Shown here in pieces: positions 25,201 to 35,928 of a DNA stretch of 64,000 nucleotides (position 1 is its first letter; the number at the start of each line of letters is the position of its first letter). A model generated the notes under the pieces. It saw nothing but the letters and a program-made list of their open reading frames with translations, did not search any database and was not told the DNA's origin. The DNA comes from Eledone cirrhosa (taxonomy: Eukaryota). The stretch is from contig OZ024742.1 in assembly GCA_964016885.1 (NCBI GenBank), forward strand, positions 251,038,001 through 251,102,000, in the 5' to 3' direction. The translations under genes and the position numbers were made by a program.

Positions 25201-27940
25201 GATTAAAGTTTTGAGGCTGTTGCAACCCCCTCTACTGGGACATGATTCTAAATAGTCCCATTGTGTGTCTAGGATACCATTCCAGTCCCCCACTAAAAGC
25301 AAGGAACGAGACGTTCCCAGAAAAGACTCTAGACGCTTAAAGAAGTCTGGCCGCGATTGCCCGGGTGGGGCATAAATAGCCACCAGTCTGAAGGCTCCAC
25401 CTCCAACACTGTTCACGTCTAGGACTACCAGTCTACCCTCCGGGTCCAAGTGTACTTGCTGTACTTCGACGTCCAGGTTTTTCCAAAACATGACAGCCCC
25501 CCCCCCCCCCCCAGGCTGACAGAGATGCGTAGATATCAAAGCCATTGAAGATGGGGGTTAGTTGCTGCCTGATGTGGATCCTGGACTCGGTGATGGCTAT
25601 CACATCAATACCGTGTGACCTAAGGTCGTTTAAAAGTTGGCCCTGTTACCAGGGCATCCCTAGGCCATGCACATTCACGCTTCCAACTCGTAAACTATCC
25701 ATGTTGGTGGAGAAGAGTTGGCGAAAAAGGACGAAAAGGTGCACTTACCTTTTCGTTTCCTGGAGATCGGGTTGTTCAATCTCCATTTGGGTGCTGGAGG
25801 GGGTGTTGGGTGGGGAAACATTTTAACAGGACGAGGTTGATGGGTTTCTGGCAGGGGTTGCCCACGTCCTGCGAAAATTTATTCTTCAGGTCACTATAGG
25901 TCTCCATAGAAACCCTTATAAGTTTAAGGTGTGGCGACGATTCTGCTTTAACGAAAGTTTTGCCCTCTGTCTCCACCTTGGGGTTTTGGGAGATGACCTC
26001 CATCAAACTCTTGTTGTTCGTGTTGATGTATATGTATTGTTGTTTGTGTTTTTGTTGTGTTGTTATTGTTTGTTGTTCGTTTGGGTGTTTTCTTTTTATA
26101 GTGAGTGCTTGTGTTTGGGGTGGTGTTGGTGTTGGTTTTGTTGGTAGGAGGATGTTTGACTGTGGTGTTGTTTGTGTTGTTGTTTGTGCCTGTGGTTGTG
26201 TGTTGGTGTTGGTGATTGGAGCTTTGGGGTTTTTGTGGTGTCTCTTTTTTTGTTTTTTGGATTTCCGAGGATCTCCTTCTTCTTCATTTAAAGGAAAAGC
26301 AGCTTCATCTGTTGTTGAATCATCATCGCCAGGAGTGTGGGGTAGGGGTATGTTGTGTGGTGGTGGTGTTTCGGTGTGTGTGTTTGTGGTAGTGTTTGAT
26401 GGAGTGGGATGGGTGGGGCTGTGTTTTTTCTGTTGTTGTTGGTGTGTTTGCTTGTTTCGTGTGTTGCTGTTGTTGTGCTGGTGGTTGTTTTGGTGTTGGT
26501 GTTGGTAACAGTGTTTTCTTTTGGATTGTTTTGGTTGAGCATGTTTGTAAAGGGCGGGAGGCCTTTAGATGTGTGGTGTTATTACAACGAAAGCAATGTG
26601 GTTTTCGTCCCTCAAACCGAAATGCTTATGTGGCTGTTGTTGTCCACCAGCACTTTTTCTGGTATTTTGGAGATTTTCTCTGGGTTCATTTGCACCAGAA
26701 TCTCCAAATTTTTCCAGACCACGTGTGTCTGGTTGACCTTTTGATGGAGAGAATGGTGTCTTTTCTCTCCTCTAAAAATCCTGCCAATATCCACCAAATA
26801 TTAATATTTGGTGGTATGTTTGTAATTCTGATTTTTGTTGTCCTTTTTCCCAGGTATGTAGGGGAAAAGGGTGTATTTTTTTTTACAGTATTGGTGTCAC
26901 TGAGTATCTTGGTGCAAGGGCCTCGCTTTTGAGGAGTACCGAAATACTCCCGTACTGTTTGGCCCTCTGCATAAAGTCAATGTTTGGCAATATCTCCTTC
27001 AAGGTTGCCTCAATTTCTCCTTGACTGAGGAATGCTAGTCGTTTTGTTTCATTTGAAACAGTTCTGAAGGTAATTGTCCTTCGAAATGTTTCCAGACGAA
27101 TCTCTGGGGGTGAGTTTATCTGAAATTCACCGTTTTCACCGAAAGTGATAAACTCCTTTGCTTCAGAGAGCATCTGTTTCGCATTGGAGATATCGAGATC
27201 CTTGAACTCTTGTGTCTTGATGACTGTTTGCGCAAAAGTTTTTTTGGTGTTGTTGTTATTGTTGTTGTTGTGGTTGTCGGTTTTTCCGTTTGTAGTTGTG
27301 TCAATGGTTTTATTTTCTGTTGTTTTTTGGTGTGTTGTACCATGTGTGGTTCGATCTTGTTTTTATTTTTGTTGTCCATATTGGCTCCATGGTGACGCCA
27401 ATACATGCAGAGTTAGAGGTAACGTTATTATTATTTGTGACTGTTTTTGTAAAAGTGATTATTTTGGTGTTGATGTTGTTGTTGTTGTGGTTGTCGGTTT
27501 TTCCGTTTGTAGTTGTGTCTATTGTTTCATTTTTTGTGGTTTTTTATGTCTGTTGTAAGCTGTGTGGTCCATCTTGTAAGTTGCATTTTTCGGTTTCTTG
27601 GCAAAACAAAACTTTGTTGTCACTATTTGTCTCCATAGACTATGTAGGCAGAAGTTGCGGTAACGTTACTCTCTGCCTTTCCCTCTCTACTTTCTTCGTC
27701 AGCGTTCGGTAGCGTTGCATCTACTAAGCTAACCATTATCAATAGCAAAAATATAAAACTTTTGAAATTTTCTCAAAAATAAAATTTCCGCCCCTGTGGG
27801 GCGAAAACTGAGATTACCACCCAGCTCAAATTCAGCCAGGGTGTTAATCTATCAAACAATATAAATTTTCACACAATAAATTCTGTTTTTGTATAGAAAA
27901 TTTTACAAAAACTTACCGTCGATCTACCGCACGTCCGGTC
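22231..27940 (-). mobile_element. Tx1-clade LINE copy C1, full length, degenerate (ORF2 ~25702-22431)
   Basis: ORF fragments with GDWN, YLDRF, SPGLDG, LDQSKAFDRV, IRQGCPLS; ORF1 fragments 25776-27737; GATA repeats at both ends. Confidence 0.93.
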
Positions 27941-27960
27941 GATAGAGAGATAGATAGATA

Positions 27961-28643
27961 TGTTTCTTTATTAGCCACAAGGGCACAAAAGAAGGGGACA
28001 AATACAAAGGGGGAAGTTTACATACAATATAAAACGTGTAAAATACTATCACAAATGCAATTTAAAAATTAATCGATTTTCCACAATAGGGGGATACATT
28101 ACATATGGGTAACACATACCCCCGAAAAAATGTGCAACCCTCATCTCCAGGAGTACGAAGAGTGAGTACCCCTTTCCTTTCTTCCTCTTTTTCCTCAACC
28201 TACAGGCTGATATAGAGAGAAGGCCCTTTCACTCGGGCCATTCTCGCCACTTTCACCCACCTTTCATAAAATTTGCTGGGGTACAGCACCTCTCTCTCTC
28301 CATCCTGGTTCTTCTTCTAAAGTGATATTTGAAAAAAAGAATCAGTTGTTGGCCGGAGAGAGAGGTGTCTGACCTCAGCCTTTTTAACCTCGTCCACCAT
28401 ACAACCTCTTTCGTCATAGCTATCACACAAAGGAAAACCGCCTCTCCTTCGTTTTTGAAGAAGGGTGGCGGTTTGATCATCACCATGAACTCGGTGGTCA
28501 ACCGGATTGGTCCCACCCGCGACAATAGTCGTTCCACATAGCCCCACAGGTCGATAACGCCCGGGTTGTGTACGAATGCGTGCGCGACGGTTTCTTCGTC
28601 TCGCAAGCATCTCGGACAGATCTTTTTCGAAGGGTCCCTGCCC
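27961..28643 (-). mobile_element. Tx1-clade LINE copy A2 (5'-truncated)
   Basis: Close match to 15012-15670; GATA/GACA tract at the 5' junction. Confidence 0.92.
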
Positions 28644-28678
28644 ATAGAGTGGGAGAGACAGACAGACAGAGCGATAGT

Positions 28679-28733
<55 letters not shown>

Positions 28734-28735
<2 letters not shown>

Positions 28736-31700
28736 TTCTTTATTAGCCACAAGGGCGCAACAAGAAAGGGGACAATACAAAGACATGCCGGGGATTTTAC
28801 ATACAGTCGTGTAAAAAATATAAAAACAAACAATTTCAACAATCGAAATCCCCAATAGGGGGGAGGCGCCACAAATGGGTTGTTTAATACCCCGTCGATA
28901 GAACAACCCTCAACTCGAGGAGCGTGTTGTGCAAGTGCTCCTTTCTTCCTTTTGCTCTCTTCCTCAACCTACAGGCTTATAAACAGAGAAGGCCCAATCA
29001 CTCGGGCCATTTTCGCTTCATTCACCCACCTTTCACATAAATTTACTGGGGTGCAGTGCCCCTCTCTCCACCCTGATTCTCCTTCTAAAGTGATACTTAA
29101 AGAAGGGAATCAATTGTTGTCCGGAGAGAAAGGCATCTGTCCTCAGTCCTCTCAACCTCGTCCACCATATAACTTCTTTCACCATAGCCACCGTACAGAG
29201 GAAAACCGCCTCTCTTTCGTTTTTGAAAGAGTCTGGCGGTTTGATCCTTACTATGGACTCGGCAGTCAACTGTATTTGTCCCATACGCGACAGCAGTTGT
29301 TCTGCATAGTTCCACAGGTCGCTTACGCCCGGGCAGTGTACAATTGCGTGCAGAACTGTTTCAATGTCCTGCGCACATCTTGGACACGTCCTCTTGGAAG
29401 GATCCCTGCCAGGGCGTCCGTGTCTGTAGATCTTGTCACGAACCGCTAGAGCTCCTCGGTAGCACTGCCAGGCCAGGGACCTCTGGAAGTTGTCCATAGG
29501 CCCCGGGCGGAAAGTCCTACCAAACATACTGGTGAGCTCATCGTCTTCGACGCCCAGAGTCTCTCCGAGCACGTCGTCGCCCTTGTAACGTACAATCCCT
29601 CTATAGAATGTCGAAGTGGAGTCTCCACTGATTGCTGCGCCCGCTTGCCAGAGGACTGTGAGCGCCTGAGCGCATTCAATGTGCCAGGCGCCCATCGTTT
29701 TCGGTCTTTTCTTCACCCAGGACTGCAGCTCCGTTAGCGAGACGAGCTGTGTGAAAGCCCGTCTCACAAACAGTGCCCACACCGGTTGGGGGTCGGTGAG
29801 GAATACCTGGAGATGCCGCAGCCTCAGCGCATGTTTGCGCATCATCAGCCACGGCATTCCCAGCCCTCCGTTGGAAGGGTGCTGACAGCAGACGGATCTC
29901 CTCACCAGCGGAGCCTGCTTCTTCCACAGAAACTGGAAGAGCATGCGTTCCATCTTGGCGAGGTGTTCACGGGGACAAGGCACGACAGTCAAGCGGTAGT
30001 AGATGACGGACGCTATGAAAGTGTTCGCCACCTCCGCTCGACCTTTCAAGGACAGTTTGCACTCTGCCCACTTCTGAGTGAGTGCAAACACCTTGGCCGT
30101 GACCTCGTTCCAGTTTTTCTCCACCTGGAGGTCTGGACCGAACCAGACCCCGAGCAATTTCACCGGTCCGTCCGTCCAGCGTCCAACAACGCTGTCGGAT
30201 GTCATCGGTTTGCCTCTCCACGTACCGAGTTGCAAACCGACAGACTTGTCTGGGTTTAGTTTTGCTCCCGTCAGCGTTTCGTATTCTTTCAGTATGTTGC
30301 CGATCACCCCGATTTCCGAGGTGCTCGACACCATTACTGTCACGTCGTCGGCATAAGCCGACGCCGCTTTGCGCAGTCCCGGTTCTAGGGGGATGCCCTG
30401 CAACAGCTCCAATTTCCGCAGTAGTGGCTCTAGAGTCAATACATACAGAATGGAGGAGAGAGGGCATCCCTGTCGAATGGAACGCGTGATTGCGAACGGC
30501 TCCAATAGGTAGCCGTTCACCTTGACCCTCGAGCAGATGCTGGTGTGCAGCGCCTCGATCCATCCTCTGAACACGGGACCGAAACCGGCCGCCTTGAGAA
30601 CCGCTTCCAAGTATCGATGGTCGACCCTATCGAATGCCTTAGACTGATCCAAGTTGATCAGAGCCCCACCGAAGCCGGGTTTACTACCCACCCTCTCTAT
30701 GATGTATCGCATGAGGTGGAGGTTGTCGTGTATGGACCTGGTCGGGATTGCACACGTTTGCGCTTTCCCTACCAGGTTCTCGACGAAAAGCGCCAACCTC
30801 GTCGCTAGCACCTTGGCCAAAATCTTTAACTCTGTGTTGAGCAGAGTTATGGGCCTGAAGTTGTTAATTTCGTCCCCCTTGTTCTCGTCTTTCCTGATCA
30901 GCGTTACTACGCCCTTGCCTGCAGAACTGGGAATTCTCCCGTTCTGCTGCCAATTGCAGTAGACGGCTTCGAGGACGCCAGAGAACAAGTCCGGCATGCC
31001 TATGTAAAATTCGTAGGGTAGACCATCTAGACCGGGTGACTTGCGTTTCCCACAGCGGCCCAGAGCGTCCCGTATTTCATATTTCCCACTCGGGCCCAGC
31101 TGACAGCTTTCGCTCCTTCGTTTCCTAGAGCACGTGTTTTGCTTCTGACCACGCAGCCTTCGTGTTTCGCATCGAAGAACTGGTCCAGTGCCGTTCTCGA
31201 TGCTAACACTCTAGCCGCGTTGCCACTTCTAAGTGCCTCCTCTACCTTGGCTACTAGTTCTCTTTCTATTCTGTTTTTCTCTAAGGCTAACTCTCTGCTA
31301 TACCCTATCGATTCTATTCTAATTGCTTTCTTGAGAGAGTACCACCATCTATTGTTGACGATGGCTCCCGTTAACTGTTGCTTGACTAGTTTACTTATCC
31401 GTTCACTGTAAGCTTTACGTGCCGGCAACGACACGTTCAGCTTCCAGTATCCGGGACCCTGTCTATGTATTCTATCACGGTTGACTAAGCAGACGACTAA
31501 CTTGTGATCTGAATAGGCAACCATGTGCATTCGTGGACAGCTTAACATATCCTTGTCCCTTTCTCTAATGAAGAACCTATCTAAATACGATCTAGATGTC
31601 CCACTGCGGTTTACCCACGTCCACTGTGGTGCAGTCGGGAAATCCAGTCGATACCTATCGGCCAGTTGGAATTGGCCGATTAAAGTTTTGAGGCTGTTGC

Positions 31701-34308
31701 ACCCCGCTCTACTGGGACATGCTCCCACATAGTCCCATCGTGCATCTAGGATACCATTCCAGTCCCCCACTAAAAGTAAGGAGCGAGACGTTCCCAGAAA
31801 AGACTCTAGACGCTTAAAGAAGTCTGGCCGTGATTGCGATTGCCCGGTCGGGGCATAAACGGCCACCAGTCTGAAGGCTCCACCTCCGATACTGTTCACG
31901 TCTAGGACTACCAGTCTACCCTCCGGGTCCAAGTGTACTTGCTGTACTCCGACGTCCAGGTTCTTCCGAAACATAACAGCCACTCCACCTCCACCTCCTG
32001 GCTGACAGAGAGATGCGTAAATCTCAAAGTCGTCGAAGATGGGGGTTAGTTGCTGCCTGTTGTGGATTCTGGACTCGGTGATGGCTATCACATCCATACT
32101 GTGTGACCTAAGGACGTTTAAAAGTTGGCCCTGTTTCCAGGGCATCCCTAGGCCACGCAGATTTACGCTTCTAACTCGTAAACCAGCCATGTTGGTGAAG
32201 AAAAGTTGGAGAAAAAGGACGAAAGGTGCACTTACCTTTTCGTTTCCTGGAGATCAGGTTGTTCAATCTCCATTTGGGTGCTGGATGGTGTGTTGGGTGG
32301 GGAAACCTTTCAACAGGACGCGGTTGATGGGTTTGTGGCAGGGGTTGCCCACGTCCTGTGAAAATTTAATTTTCAGGTCTTTATAGGTTTCCATAGAAAC
32401 CCTTATAAGTTTAAGGTGTGGAGACGATTCTGCCTTGACGAAAGTTTTGCCCTCCGTCTCCACCTTGGGGTTTTGGGAGATGACCTCCATCAAACTCTTG
32501 TTGTTTGTGTTGATGTATGCGTATTGTTGTTTGTGTTTTTGTTGTATTGTTTTAGTTTGTTGTTCATCCGGGAGTTTTCTTTTTATGGTGGGTGCTTGTG
32601 TTTGGGGTGGTGTTGGTGCTGGTTTTGCTGATAGGGGATGTTTGACTGTGGTGTTGTTTGTGTTGTTGTTTGTGTCTGTGGTTGTGTGTTGGTGTTGGTG
32701 ATTGGAGTTTTGGGGGTTTTGTGGTGTCTCTTTTTTTGTTTTTTGGATTTCCGCGGTTCTCCCTCTTCTTCACTTAAAGAAGGAGAAGCAGCTTCATCCG
32801 TCGATGAATAATCATCGTCAGGTGTGTGGGGTAAGGGTATGTTGTGTGGTGGTGGTGGTGTTTCGGTATGTGTGTTTGTGGTAATGTTTGATGGAGTGGG
32901 ATGGAGTGGGGATGTGTTCTTCAGGGGTGTTGTCTCTGTTTTTTCTGTTATTGTTGGTTGAGTGTCTGTTTGTTTTGGTGTGGTTGCTCGTTTCGTCTGT
33001 CGTTGTACTTGTGGTGGTGGTGGTGGTTGTTTTGGTGTTGGTGTTGGTAATAGCGTTTTTTTTATGATGTTGCTGTTGTGTGTTTGTGGACAAGAGGCTT
33101 TTAGGTGAGATGTGCTACCACAGCGAAAGCAGTGAAATTTTCTTCCTTCTACCGAAATGTGTATTTTGTTGTTATTATCAATAACGACTCTTTCGGGTAT
33201 TTTGGAGATTCTCTCCGGTTTCATTTGCAACAGAATCTCCAAATGGTGCCCGCCCACCTTTGTCGAATGGATTTTCGTATCGAAAGTATTATGTCTGTTT
33301 CTGGCTCTACGAAGCCAGCCAAGATCCACCAGATGTTAATGCTTGGAGGTATGTTTTTTATTTTTATTTTTTGTGTCCTTTCCCCCATGTATGTAGGGAA
33401 AAAGGTGTATGCTTTTGACACTATTGGTGTCACAGAGTTTTTTTGGGACAGTGCCTCGCTTTTAAACAGTACGGAAACACTTCCGTACTGTTTTCCTCGC
33501 TGGAGAAAATCGACATTTCCTAGAATCTCCTTGAAAGAATCTTCTATATTTGACTGATTAACAAATGTTGGTTTTCTTGACGAATTTGACACAGTCCTAA
33601 AAGTGACTGATCGGCGGTTTGTGTCTTCCTTTATTTCAAGGGGTGAGTTAATTCTAAACCCACCTCTTTCTTCGAAAGTTACAAATTTTCTCCCTTGCTG
33701 GAGCATATCTCTTGCGTTGGAGATATCAAGATTTATAAAATCTTGTTTCTTGTTGACTGTGTCAGCAAAGGACATTTTCTTTTTTTGTGTGATGTTGTTG
33801 TTAATAATGATGTTATCGTTGTTGGAAATTTTATGTGTAGATGTATCTGTAGAGTTGTTGATGTCTTTTTCATGTGTATGTATGTCAATGGGTTTTTTTG
33901 CCGTGTTTTCCCGTGTGTTATTGTCATTTTTCTCCGCTTCGGCGGTAGAAATTGTAACATTTTCAAATGTTGATATATTTTTTTCTTTTGTGACAGTATC
34001 TATGGCAACGTCCATAGCAGCAGAAGCAGATATAACGTTAATATCTGCCTCTTTCTCTCTCTTTTCTCTATTAACGTTCTCCAGCGTTCTAGTGTTGCTC
34101 AAGTTTTTTTTTACTTTGTAAAATTTGATATTTTAAAACAAACTTTTAAATAAAATGTTCGCCCCTACAGGGGCGAAAAATGGGATTACCACCCAGCTGA
34201 CAATTCAGCTTGGGGGTTAATCTACAAAGTGTTGTATTTTTTTCAAACAATTAGATCGGTTTTTTGCATAGAAATTAACAAAAAACTTACCGGCGATATT
34301 CCACACGT
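28734..34308 (-). mobile_element. Tx1-clade LINE copy C2, full length, among the best preserved
   Basis: ORF1 pieces 34102-32263 with CFRCGSTSHLKASC knuckle; ORF2 32190-28969; (GATA)n at both ends. Confidence 0.95.
28969..32190 (-). pseudogene. C2 ORF2: APE endonuclease, reverse transcriptase and C-terminal Zn-binding motif; internal deletion near 31080 and late premature stop
   Basis: ORF 31027-32190 (APE: NLRG, AITES, GDWN, YLDRF, SDH) and ORF 29033-30997 (FRPITLLN, LDQSKAFDRV, RQGCPLS, AYADD, CPRC..H..C). Confidence 0.92.
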
Positions 34309-34342
34309 TAGACAGAAAGAGAGATAGATAGATAGATAGATA

Positions 34343-34961
34343 TATTTCTTTATTAGCCACAGGGGCACAAAAGAAGGGGACAAATACAAAGGGGGAAGTT
34401 TACATACAATAAAAACGTGTAAAATGTTATCACAGATGGAATTTAAAAGTTAGTCGATTTTCCCCAATAGAGGGAGACAGTTTATATGGGTAACACATAC
34501 CCCCGAAAAAAATGTGCAACCCTCATCTTCAGGAGTACGAAGAGCTTGTACTCCTTTCCTCTCCTCCTCCTTTTCCTCAATCTACAGGCTGATATAGAGA
34601 GAAGGCCCATTCACTCGGGCCATTCTCGCCACTTTCACCCACCTTTCATAAAACTTGCTGGGGTACAGCACCTCTCTCTCCATCCTGATTCTTCTTCCAA
34701 AGTGGTATTTGAAAAAAAGAATCAGTTGTTGGCCGGAGAGAAAGGTGTCTGACCTCAGCCCTTTCAACCTTGTCCACCATACAACCTCTTTCGCCATAGC
34801 TATCATACAAAGGAAAACCGCCTCTCCTTCGTTTTTGAAGGAGGGTGGCGGTTTGATCATGACAATGGACTCGGTGGTCAACTGGATTGGTCCCACCCGC
34901 GACAATAGTCGTTCTACATATCCCCACAGGTCAGTGACGCCCGGGCAGTGTATGAATGCGT

Positions 34962-34962
<1 letters not shown>
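34343..34962 (-). mobile_element. Tx1-clade LINE copy A3 (5'-truncated)
   Basis: Family A 3' UTR; ORF2 end ..RVNGPSLYISL* at 34582; 5' junction directly into (GATA)n. Confidence 0.92.
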
Positions 34963-35029
<67 letters not shown>

Positions 35030-35031
<2 letters not shown>

Positions 35032-35868
35032 TTCTTTATTAGCCACAAGGGCGCAACAAGAAAAGGGGATAATACATAGACATGCCGGGGATTTTACATA
35101 CAGTCGTGTAAAAAATATAAAAACAAACAATTTCAACAATCGAAATACCCGTCGATAGAACAACCCTCAACTCCAGGAGCGTGTTGTGCAAGTGCTCCTT
35201 TCTTCTTTTTGCTCTCTTCCTCAACCTACAGGCTTATAAACAGAGAAGGCCCAATCACTCGGGCCATTTTCGCTTCATTCACCCACCTTTCAGTAAATTT
35301 ACTGGGGTGCAGTGCCTCTCTCTCCACCCTGATTCTCCTTCTAAAGTGATACTTAAAGAAGGGAATCAATTGTTGTCCGGAGAGAAAGGCATCTGTCCTC
35401 AGTCCTCTCAACCTCGTCCACCATATAACTTCTTTCACCATAGCCACCGTACAGAGGAAAACCGCCACTCTTTCGTTTTTGAAAGAATCTGGAGGTTTGA
35501 TCCTTACTATGGACTCGGCAGTCAACTGTATTTGTCCCATACGCGACAGCAGTTGTTCTGCATAGTTCCACAGGTGGCTTACTCCCGGGAAGTGTACAAT
35601 TGCGTGCAGAACTGTTTCAATGTCCTGCGCACATCTTGGACACGTCCTCTTGGAAGGATCCCTGCCAGGGCGTCCGTGCCTGTAGATCTTGTCACGAACC
35701 GGTAGAGCTCCTCGGTAGCACTGCCAGGCCAGGGGCCTCTGGAAGTTGTTCATAGGTCCCGGGCGGAAAGTCCTACCAAACAGACTGGTGAGCTCATCGT
35801 CTTCGACGCCCAGAGTCTCTCCGAGCACGTCGTCGCCCTTGTAACGTACAATCTCTCTATAGAATGTC
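35030..35868 (-). mobile_element. Tx1-clade LINE copy C3 (5'-truncated)
   Basis: Near-identical to the C2 3' end; ORF end ..IGPSLFISL* at 35226; flanked by (GATA)n. Confidence 0.93.
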
Positions 35869-35927
<59 letters not shown>

Positions 35928-35928
<1 letters not shown>

